Shown here piece after piece: positions 1-11,300 of a stretch of 64,000 bases of DNA. Within the stretch, counting starts at the first letter, position 1. Every line of letters starts with the position of its first letter. Source of the stretch: Salpingoeca rosetta (taxonomy: Eukaryota; Protista; Choanoflagellata); assembly GCA_033442325.1 (NCBI GenBank), contig JAWQFM010000022.1, positions 588,746-652,745 on the forward strand. Direction: 5' to 3'. The translations under genes and the position numbers were made by a program. The notes below the pieces were generated by a model. The model had not been told where the DNA came from. It ran no database searches and saw nothing but the letters and a program-made list of their open reading frames with translations.

Positions 1-81
<81 letters not shown>

Positions 82-187
82 GTTCTTTGTTTCTCTGTTT
101 CTTTGCCTGCTGTTCGTGTCGGCGTTGTTGTTCAGGTCGCTCCCCCTGCCCAATACGCACACGCACACACACACACACACACACAAT

Positions 188-230
<43 letters not shown>

Positions 231-317
231 ACGCACACACACACACACACAATCACGCACACACACTCTCTCTCTCATACACGCACGTGTGCGTATATGC
301 ATCATGCCAATTCGCAG

Positions 318-836
318 GCACGCAGCCGCTGCCAGAGACGGCTGGGCAGGCGCAGTCTGCCGGGCGAGCCATCCTGGAGCGCCTAGCCAGACGAACGCCA
401 TACTACAAGCGCAACGCCCCGCACATTTGCTCCTTCTGGGTCAAGGGCGAGTGTAAGCGCGGCGACCTCTGCCCCTACCGGTGCGTTGGAGCCATGATGT
501 TTGCCGGGTGAATGTTGAACGTTGTATTGCTGCAACAAACAAACAAACACGAACAAACAAACAAACAAACAAACAAACAAACAAGACCAAACAAACGAGC
601 GGTATGCGTTGTTGTTGTTCTTGCGGTGTGCCCCAACACCGTCGCAACTTATCCCGGCACCATTTCCGCTTGACCTCCAATCACTTGTCCAACTCACCAC
701 ATGGCGTCGCGATTAGGCACGAGATGCCAACCGACCCGGACGACCCGCTGTCGAAGCAGAACATGAAGGACCGCTACTACGGCACCAGCGACCCCGTCGC
801 AGAGAAGATGCTCAAGCGCGCAAAGGGTATGCGTGA

Positions 837-879
<43 letters not shown>

Positions 880-2322
880 TGTGTGTATGCACGTGTGATG
901 TGTGTGTATGCACGTGTGATGTGTGTGTATGCACGTGTGATGTGTGTGTGCCAAGTGAGTGAGTGTGTGTGTCTGTCTGTGACAGCGTTTGTGAAGGTGA
1001 GTCCATTGTTTCACTCACACACACACACACTTTGTTCCTTCCTCTCCATCTCCCCCTACCCCCCCCCCCCTTCTCTCTCCACCGTCTCACCTTTGTGCGC
1101 ATATGCACACCAACGCGTGCAGTGACACGGCACCACGAGGCGCCCGAGGACAAGACCATCACCACCCTCTACGTTGGCGGCTTGCGCGAGGACTACGGCA
1201 TCAACGAGACAGACATCAGGTGCGTGCATGAAACTGTGTGCGTGGCCTTTGAATTATCTCTTTCATCCCGCTTTCTCAGCCCTGGTTGTGCCTGTAGGTC
1301 GTGCTTCTCCTCGCCTTTTTCGACCACTTATTGGCGCATGCGCTGCGCTCCTTGATCCTGTTATGCTCACGTCTCAACTGCCCATATGCACACCACCACA
1401 CCCGCCACTTGTTCAGGGACGTGTTTTACCAGCACGGCGAGATTCAGCGCATCACCATCACCCCAAACAAGAAAAACGCCTTTGTGGAATACACAACGTA
1501 CGGCTGGCTTCTGTGTTCGTCTATGTGTGTGCGTGTGTGCGTTTGTGTGTGTGCGTCTGTGTGTGTCTTTGTGTCCTGTGTTTGTCTTTGTGTCCTGTGT
1601 GTCTGTGTGTCTGTGTTTGTGTCTTCGTATTTCTGTGTCTTTGTCTGTGACTGTGAAGACGTGGTGAAGCAACGTCAGGAGTTGCATCTCAATCAATGAT
1701 TGTGTGGGGTCGTGCCCATTCCATTGTTTGAGATTTCCCTGGTGCGTGTCTCATACACACACGCATGCACACACGCACGCACACACGCATGCACACACGC
1801 ACACACGCACGTACGTGCGCACACAGGCGCGAGGCGGCCGAGCGGGCCATGTCCGAGCTGCACAACAGCCTGTGCATCAAGGGCCACTATCTGCGCTTGT
1901 TGTGGGGTCGCCCAAAGGCGTCACAGCACGGCAAGGGCCCGCAGGACCCCACAACAGCCCCAGCTGTTCCCAAGGTGCCTGGTCTTCCCGGCGCCATCCC
2001 ACTCCCTGCCGACCTTGCTGCAAGCAAGGCTGTTGCAGGCACTGTGCCACTGCCGACGCCACCAACCGCGATGGGCGGCCTGCCTGGTGTTCTGCAGCCC
2101 CCGCGTCCTCCCGTGCCTGGCGCTGCGGGGCTTGGCGGTCTCCTTCGCCCGCCCATGCCCGGTGGCGCCCGCATGGGGGCCCTGTATCCGTCCATGGACC
2201 CTTCGCGCATGGGCTCCCGCGGTTCCAGCGCCACCACAGCCACATCCAAGCAGCACAAGCATCACACGCAGCACAAGGGCACGCCCTCCTCCTCCTCCTC
2301 CTCCTCCGCCTCCAAACCCTGA
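318..2322 (+). CDS. RBM22: Pre-mRNA splicing factor RBM22/Slt11/Cwc2 (CCCH zinc finger + RRM); 5' exons lie upstream of the window
   Basis: Exons 318-480, 717-826, 1123-1219, 1417-1497 and 1827-2322, all GT-AG and phase-consistent. They give [55 protein letters not shown], then [14 protein letters not shown], an RRM, and a Pro-rich tail ending [11 protein letters not shown]. Confidence 0.95.
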
Positions 2323-2677
2323 GGAACCCAAGAGGAAGGTGTTCGCTCAGTCGTTGTTGTGTGTATGTGCGTGAGTGTGAGTGTGTGTGTGTGTTGAGTC
2401 GTGTGCGTGCGTGTGTGTCTGTGTGCATGCGTGCGTGCGTGTGTGTGTGTGCGTGTGTGTTTGTGTTTGTGGGTGTCGCATGTCTTCAGTCGTCGTCTTC
2501 ATGCACGAGCGTGCCAGGTATGCTGTTTTGCAGATCATGTTCTTCTTGCGAGGAGTGATTGAGAGATGGAGAAGGAATAAAAGGAAGAGAAGAAGAAAAC
2601 CACCGTTCGAAAGGCTTGCTGAGAGAGCAGGGTGTGATGTTGTGATGTATTGTGTACCCAACAACATACACACACAC

Positions 2678-2732
<55 letters not shown>

Positions 2733-2972
2733 CACACACACGCGCACACAACGCACATCCGTGACAACCATTTCGTGCAATAAAGCCAAAAGGCTACATG
2801 GTGGATAGTGCGGTGTATGAGTTGGTGGTGATATCTTCTGTGAATTTTCTACGCGCTGGTGATAATTTGCTGGTGTGCCGGCGAATCTACGCCATACTGT
2901 GCCTTTTTCCACCACACGACACGAGCAGCCTTCCCCTCCGTTTGCTTCCCACCACCCCTTACAGCTGCAGCC

Positions 2973-4656
2973 ATGTGAGTGGCTTTGTGTGTGTGCCTGT
3001 GCTCGTGCTGCACCTGCATGCCTTTTGAAGTGCCTCTCTATGCGTGCTGCGCCTCCCCCTCCCTCCCTCCCTGCTCGCCCTCTTTGGGTGGGGATGCATG
3101 TAGCCGTGGCCGTGGCCGTCACCACCAGCTGCACGTTTTGCGCAAGTGCTTGGCTGCTGAACCAACTCACGACAATCACCCACCTGTTGCGATCTTGTGT
3201 GCCGCGCTGTGGCGCTTCCTGCTTTGCAGGGTGTTCACACGCTACGTCGAGCGGGGCCGTGTCGTCCTCATCAACCAGGGTCCCAACGAGGGCAAGCTCG
3301 CCGTGATTGTCAACGTCATTGACAACTCGCGGGTATGTTGCTCGTGGCCAAGAAGAAGATAGGGTCGTGTTCACACACACGCACACACGCACGCACACGC
3401 ACGCACGCACATCACTGCTGGCACGGTTTTTCTCTGTGCGCACGCACACGCACACGCACGCACGCGCGTGCGCGCGTGCACCGGTTGTCCCAACACGTTC
3501 CATTCACGTCATGCGTGCACCCCGTGCTGTGACACTGGAAGCAACGTGCATGTGTGTCAACAAGCATTCAAACAACCCCTCGTTCTGTGGTTCAAGTGAC
3601 CACCCACACCGCGACAGCCACGCACAGCCACGTACAAACATCAAAAGTACACGTCGCTCACCTTCCCCCCACCCCCAACACTTATACACGCACACACACA
3701 CACACACGCACAGGCGCTTGTTGATGGCCCCAACACAGGTGTCGTCCGCAGCCCCCTGAACTTCAAGCACATGAACCTCACAGACTTCAAGATCGACATC
3801 CCCCTGTTCGCTCGCACGTCTGCCGTTCGCAAGGTGCGGTTGCGTGTTGCATGTGTGCTTGGTTGGTCGTGCGAGCTGCTACAATTCATTTGGGGGAATG
3901 GTGTGTGTGTGTGATGTGATGAGCGGCTTTGAAACCATTGGGTGTGCAACAACAGGCGTGCGGGACTTCCCCAAATGTGTGAAAGCAAGCGTCTCTGTTT
4001 TGTCACGCGCATTGTCCATTGCGCAGCAAGTGCTTGCAGCCGAACGGCTCACGGAAATCATGTTCTTGTCGCTTTGCTTTTTGTGCTGGTGGTGTTCTTC
4101 CCTCCATTGCTAGGCTTTCAAGGAGGCCGACATCTCTGGCAAGTGGGCGCAGTCTGCTTGGGCAAAGAAGATTGCCCGTCGTGAGAAGCGCGCATCCCTC
4201 AGCGACTTTGAGCGCTTTGTCGTCAAGGTCAACCGCATCAAGGTACGACGAAGCCTCTTTTGTTTCGAGTTGTGTGCCCGGCAGGGAGGGGAAGAACGGG
4301 GTAAATGACAGCTGTGGGAAGCAGTGTTTGTTTGCACGAGTCTGTGAATGTGCGCTGTGTATGTTCCGCGTTGCAGCTGCTGGTGCGGTTGCTGTTGTCG
4401 TTGCTGCTGCTGTTTCTGTGAATAGCTGTTTATCACAACAAGTTTCACTCACGCTCACGACTGCTTTGTTCTTTCTTCCCTCCTTCCTTTCCTCTTTCTC
4501 CCTTACTTTATTGCCCTGCCTTGTTTCCTCCACTCGTCGCCTCCTCCCCCTTAACTTCCCCTCACGCACGTACAGCGCGGCCGTGTGGTCAAGTCCATCC
4601 TCACCCACGAGAAGCGTAAGGCCGGCAAGGCCCGCAGGGCAGCAGCGTCCAAGTAA
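2973..4656 (+). CDS. RPL14: 60S ribosomal protein L14 (eL14)
   Basis: Exons 2973-2974 (AT), 3230-3332, 3714-3833, 4114-4242 and 4576-4656. Protein [41 protein letters not shown]...[20 protein letters not shown]. The start codon is split AT|G by intron 1. Confidence 0.95.
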
Positions 4657-5486
4657 ATGGGCCGTGTGTGCTTTGGTTTTGTTGTTCGTCAAGTACACAT
4701 GAATCCCCATACGAATCAGCCAGCAATGACACAGAGACAGTGTGTGTGTGCGTGAGAGTGAAATAGGAGAGACTTTTGGGTGCGTGTGTGAAGGCGAGCA
4801 TGCTCGCCTTCACAAGTAGCGCGCGTACATGCGTGCGATATTTCAAATCAAGACTGTCAGGTGGTCAGTCACCATGAGTGGCCATGTATGATCGTGGGGC
4901 GAAGGACAGTGCTGTCATGTCACGTATCATTGACATCACGACCATTAATGCCAATCGCTGCGACTCATGGATACATGTATAGTGATGCTATGTACGGGGT
5001 TGTCACTGGGGCTAATGGTGGCAATAAGAGGCGAAGCGAAGAGTGAACAAGATAAACACACGACAAAACAAGGAGGGTCACGGAACAGCGACAGGATCAG
5101 GAGTCAAGACAGTACGAAGATAAGAGCATTCAGTCGACATACATCATGCCAGGCAAGGCAGGTAGAAACGGCTCGCTTGAAGCCAGCAAAGCCATCCTGT
5201 GAGCAGGGCTTGTGATTGCATGGTGTCAATGAACACATGAAACTTTCAGAACATGTGGTGGATGTTGGAAAAGGATGGTGAGCAAGAAGCGCATGGAACA
5301 AGGGGTGGAGGAGATGCAACGGCTTTGGATGCGATGCAATGACTTGGACGCAATGACTTGGAGTGCTGGCTTGATGTGGTCGCAGTCGGACGCACACACG
5401 CACAAGGAGGGAAAGGGAAGGGGGTGCAAACCAACAAAACCGCCAGTCGCAGCAGCAGCACTAGCAGCAGCAGCGGCGGCGGCCCA

Positions 5487-6678
5487 TCACCTGTCGAGGA
5501 ACCACATGACGTCCTTGCTGTCATCGACTGCACGGCAGTAGGTGAAGGCAGACCAGAGCGACTGCACGATGCCCAGAAGGCCTGGGGCGACGTTGGGCTC
5601 GACGTAGTACTTGCCCAGGAGCGGCTTGACGGCGCGGGTGGCCTCCTCGGCGTGGTAGTGGGGCATGCGGCTGAACAGGTGGTGCACGACGTGCGTGTCG
5701 GCAATGTGGTGGTGGAAGTGGTTGAGGACGCCGTAGTCGCGGTCGACGGTGCACAGGGCGCCGCGCAGCCACGTCCACTCGCGGGAGCTGAAGTGCGGCA
5801 CGCGCGTGTCCGTGTGCTGGAGGAAGGTGATGAGCACGAGCCAAAAGTTGACCCACAGGTACGGCACCAGGTACACCTTGGTCAGCCAGGCCAGGCCATA
5901 TGCGTGACCGGCAAGGAAGAGGGCGCCCACCCAGGAGAAGAGCACAATGTCGCTGAGGATGACCTGGACCCGCTCCTTCTCGGAGAAGAGCGGGGAGTAG
6001 GGGCTAAAGTGGTCGGTGTGGCGTCCGTAGTCGCGGCCGGTCACGTGCATGAGCAGATACGTGGGCCAGCCAAATACCAGCATGCGGCCCATCTCAAACA
6101 CGCGCTGAGCAAACGACACAATGCCTGCAATCGGACAAAACAATAAAAGGCACAACACAAACAACATGGGTGTGAGATGACGGGAAGAGGATGCCTTGAT
6201 GACATGACAGGGGCCGCGGTGACATAAGTGGGCGTAGGAGCAACCCCGGATGAGCAACAATCGTATCACACAACATCAAAGCGGCAACGCCAATCAATAT
6301 GACACCAACAAACACGGGTGCATCCAACCGAAACATGCGCTCGTTACCGACGAACAAGGTGACAACAAAGCATTTGTTTTTGCCATGGTTGCTCGGCACA
6401 CACCGGGCATGTCCTCGTAAGGGGTCATGTCGCCGACTTGGGACTTGCGCTCGGGAATGAACACCTCGTCCTCATCAATGTGGTTGGTGCGTGCGTGGTG
6501 CTTGGCGTGGCTGATCCTCCATGGATGGTAAGGCACAAGGAGCATCTAATGGGATTTGGGGCGGGGCGGGAAGGAAAGGGCCAAATGTATGTGAGAGCAT
6601 GTGCGGGAACACGTATGTGTTTGAGTGTGAGAGTGAGTGAGTGTGTGTGTGTGTGTGAGAGAGAAAGTGAGAGAGTGA

Positions 6679-6710
<32 letters not shown>

Positions 6711-7403
6711 TAGAGTGTGTGTGTGGATAATGAGTGTGTGTGTGTGTGTGTGTGTGTGGATAATGATGGAGGCAAGGAGTAAGACGAGCACAAGCGTCAC
6801 ATGGACAAGCCCACCAAAGACCAGCCCCACAAAGACCAGCTAAGTCCCACGAACACAAGGGCAAGAGCAAACAAACCCAAACCTGTCGCACACAGGGAAA
6901 CAACCACATGATGTCTCACTCAACCAAGCCGTGTCTGACTTACGCTGTGGAGCATCATGCCGATGAAATCGCCAAAGGTCTCGTTGGGGGAAAACGCGCG
7001 GTGACCGCACTCGTGTGCAATCACCCACAGGCCCGTGAGCACAACACCCTGGCACCACCAGTAGAGCGGCCACAGCACAAAGCGCGCCCACGTGGGCACG
7101 CCGGGCTGGTCAATGAACGTGGACAGGTAGTACAGGACGGCGGCGCCAGCCATGTCCTGCGCTATGTAGCGGAGCGAGGTCCACGTGTTGCGCTCGAAGC
7201 AGTGCGCTGGGATGGCCCGCTGTGAAATCACCAAAGACAACAACAAGGTAACAACACGCGTGAGATCGATTGGGGGCGGTGGAGATGGGAAACATCGGAG
7301 GATGGGTGGACAACGGTGGGTGTGTGAATGAGCAAGGACGCCATGCACATCAACAAGTGCACACAAGATTTGAGACATTCGCTACACACCACAGCACCAA
7401 AAA

Positions 7404-7434
<31 letters not shown>

Positions 7435-7690
7435 TGCACACACTGTGCATAAAAACACACACAACAATACACACTGTGCACACAAACACACACACACAAC
7501 AACGCACACACGCGCACGCACACAACAACGCACACACTGTGTGCACACACACACAAACACCACAATGCACACCACAATGCACACCAAAACACACAGTGCA
7601 CACCTTGAGGTCGCCAAGGGTAAAGGGAGGAGGAGCCGCGCATGCGCGATCCTCGGCCAGATCCTTCTGGATCGCCGCAGGCTTGGTCAT
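5487..7690 (-). CDS. FAD2: Delta-12/omega-6 (FAD2-type) membrane fatty acid desaturase
   Basis: Exons 7690-7604, 7219-6944, 6545-6404 and 6124-5487. N-terminal PPFTLGDLKRAIPAHCFER, three His boxes (HECGH, HAKHH, HVVHH), ITFLQHT, WLRGALCTVDRDYG and MPHYHAEEAT. Confidence 0.93.
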
Positions 7691-8348
7691 CGTGGCTGGC
7701 TGGTGGTGGTGGCCGTTGGGTGCTGTGCTGTGTTGTGTGCTGAGCAGCCGCCGCGTGGTTTTGCAGCCGCCGCGTGGTTTTGTTGCAGCCCGCACAAGGT
7801 GTGTGGCGCTTGTGTCTGCTGAAATTTCGCCTGTGCATTGCAGAATCACCCTCACTCCTTTGCGCTTGCTGTCAACAATGACAGCAGCGCACAAGTGCTC
7901 CCAAATTGCACCACAATTTGCAAATGGAATGTCCAAGTCCCCCGACCGTCTTCCTCCAATTTTGTCGTTGCGCGTTGCAAGAACCAAACCAATCTTTCTT
8001 CGTGCCTCTCTCCCTTTCTTCTGTGCTTGCAACATTCCCACAGCACAGCCAACCCCATTCACATTCAACAGCCACCACCGCCACCGGTCAGCACAGCAGA
8101 GCACCCGCAGCGGGCATTGCATTGCATTGTTGTTTATGTTCGTTCATTCGACCTTGCGCCATCTCCAACAAGCAAGCAAGGAACCAATCGAGCACCGAGA
8201 TCCACAGCACTGCGAGTGCGTGAGCGCGAGTGTTCGTGATCATTTGATGAAGAACAAAGCAGAACAGAACACACGACGACGACAGATCGTGCGCCACAGA
8301 GCACTGCATCGCCACTCGAGTGCTCCAGTTGCATTTCCAAGCGTTGAC

Positions 8349-11300
8349 ATGAAGAAGATGATGGTTGCCGTGCTGCTTGTCACCGCCCTTGTGCTCCTCG
8401 CAGGTGTGTTATTTGTGTTTGTTGTGCGTCGTGTGGGTGTGGGTGTGTGCGTGTGGGTGTTTGTCATACTTGTGGTGTGTGTTTGCACCATCGCCGTACC
8501 CACTCACACACGCCCAATTTACCTCACCACAGGAGGCAATGGTGCTGCGGCCACTGTTGTCAGAAACCCAGAGAATGGCCACTACTACACCATTTCCAGG
8601 TTGGCGCAGATGCAAGTGTTTGCTCGCTCGTGTAGTGTATTGTGGTTTTTGTGGCAGTGCTAACCAACCATCCCCATGTCCTTTTCACACCACTGCATTC
8701 CATGCTCGATACACACACACACACACACCCACTCACACACACACACACAGCTACAACCTGGGCTTTGGCCTCTCGACTGGCTCAGCCGCTCTGCAAGTTT
8801 ACGAAGGCTGGCCCGGGCATCTCGCCACCATCACGTACGTGTTTCCAGCAATGCGCAACCATCTTCTTTTTTTTTTTTACGTACGCTTGACCCCCCCCCC
8901 TCTCCCTCCGCCACACCTTTCTTCCTGGTATTTTGCCACCTCACAAGCGCTGTTCAGCAAACAACAACCCCCCGCTCACATTTGTCTCCTCCTTTTTGAC
9001 ACATGCATGTGATCGCCCCGCAGCACTGCCGCTGAGGACCAATTGGTGAAACAGCTTGCTGCCGGTCGCGAAGTTTGGATTGGCGCCAGCGAGCTGGTGA
9101 GGGCACCGCAACTGCGTCTTGTGTGTATGTGTGTGTGCGTGTGCGCGCGCAATGTGAACGGAGGAACACAACTTGTCACACCACAATGCTCATGTTTGCG
9201 TTGTGCTTGTTGCGGTTGTGCTTGTTGCCGCTGTGTAGAGCGGTAGGTGGCAGTGGGAAGTCGGCCCCGAAAAGGGCACCGCCATTCCCGGCTCATCAGA
9301 AAAATGCGGTGCGTATTTGTGCGCGTGCGTCATGTGCGTGTACGCGAACTCTGTGTGTGTCAATGCATGCTCGTGCCCTGCCCAGTGCTTGATTGATGTC
9401 AGGGCTTGTGATCTCTTCAAGGGCTTCCCAAGCACACACGCACACAGATACGCACAACAACGCACATAACACACACACACACACATAACACACACGCACA
9501 CAACCTCCCTTTCAATCTAAGCGCATGCCCCACTCTTTGCTTATACACGTGCCTTTCTCGCACCCTCTGCCCAACTACACCAGGCGAAAGCAGCGTGTAC
9601 TGCAACTGGAACCCTGGCGAGCCAAGCAATTCGTGCACCTTTTATGTTCTTGTATTCTGTGCTGCAACAGAGGACTGTGCCGAACTCCGAGGCAGCGGCT
9701 GGAACGATGAGGTTCGTGCATGCGTGTGGGTCTGTGACTGTGACTGTGACTGTGTGCGTGACTGTATTTCTGGCACGAGGCACTGCATGTGTGTGTTTAT
9801 GTTTGTAGTGTGTGACGTAGTTGTGCGTGATGTGGTGGTGGTTGCGGTGGTTGCGGTGGTTGCGCCCTCTCAGTGCGTGTGACGCTCATCTCTTGGTGTA
9901 TGTGCTCGTGTGGGTTTGACAGGGCTGCACCACCCCGGCTCCCAGCGTGATTGAGTTTGAGCCTGCCGACGCACACGGCAACTGCCTCAGCGGCTTTGTG
10001 TACGTCATGACCACTGCTCATATGCGTGTTTCGTGGGGGAGTGAGTGTATCGGCAAGTGAGTGCGTGTGTGTTTGCGCGCTGCACCACACATACACAAAC
10101 ACGCACGCACGCATACGCACGCACGCGTTCAACAAAGGTCCATACCAACCTCACACATAAACCCAAACCTCTGCGTCCCCTCGTGCGTGTTGTTACCTCC
10201 GCTGCAGCCATCGCTCGCCGCTCGGTTGCGTGCCGGAGAACCCGTGCTCCCTCAACCCGTGCGCGACAGATAAAGAGGACTGCGTTCCCAACATGGCCGA
10301 GTATTCAAGGCAGTGCATTCCAAAGGCCACCACAACCACCTCAACGACAACAACAACGACAACCACCACAACAACTACCACTACCACAACCACAACAACT
10401 ACCACTACCACAACCACAACAACTACCACCACAACAACTACCACAACCACCTCAACTACAACTACAACTACAACCACCACCACCACCACCACTACCACCA
10501 CCACCACAACCACCACTACAACCACTACCACAACCACTACAACCACTACCACAACCACTTCCACGACCACAACCACTTCCACCACTACCACTACAACAGC
10601 TGCACCGCCGCCGGCGCCACCCGGCGGATCCACAACGACAGGGGAGACGACCACTACCTCCACTACCACCACGACGACGACAACCACCACCACCACCACT
10701 ACCACTACCACCACTACCACGACAACGACCCCTACCACTACCACTACCACTACCCCCACCACGACAACGACGACGACAACTACCACAACAATAACTACCA
10801 CTACCACCACCGAGCCAACCACAACCACAACTACCACTACTCCAACTACCACCACCACCACCACCACCACCACCACCACGACAGCAACCACCACTACAAC
10901 TACCACTACAACTACCACCACGACAACGCCTGCGCGGAGGGTGAGCCCCGTGTCGTTTGTCTTCTCGCCGTTCTCGCGCGATGCGGATGCGTGGGACCTG
11001 GTCAGCTACATCCAGGACAACCTCGCCAGCACACGCCACGCCTCCCTCTTTGCCCGCCTCTCCACAACCGTTGTTGACGCCGGCGCCGTTGTGCGGGATG
11101 CGCGCGGTCGCGATGCCTCATCCGCCCGCCGCCGCCGCGATGGCGACGATGAGGAGAGCAGCGTCATCCCCAGCAACGTGCGCGGCGTGCTGGTTGGCGT
11201 GCGTGTACTCGACGCCACAGGCGCGCCCGTGTCGCAGGACGACGTGCGTGCGAGCGTCGACCTGAGCACCCTCATCCACATCGCCACGGATGGCTCACAG

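Noticed and set aside
3-511. Many ORFs rich in VCVC, HTHT or CVCV here and throughout the window
   Set aside because: These are translations of stop-free GT/CA microsatellites in introns and UTRs, not proteins.
2798-2806. ATG|GT at 2798 as the RPL14 start exon
   Set aside because: Joining to the AG acceptor at 3229 puts RPL14 out of frame. The AT|G model at 2973 fits.
3910-4060. Possible intronic snoRNA in RPL14 intron 3 (GTGATGA box C-like)
   Set aside because: I found no downstream CTGA box D, terminal stem or recognisable rRNA guide. An Infernal or snoscan search would be needed.
10193-11077. Poly-Val antisense ORF and His/Asn/Tyr-rich alternative-frame ORFs
   Set aside because: These are shadows of the poly-Thr coding repeat.
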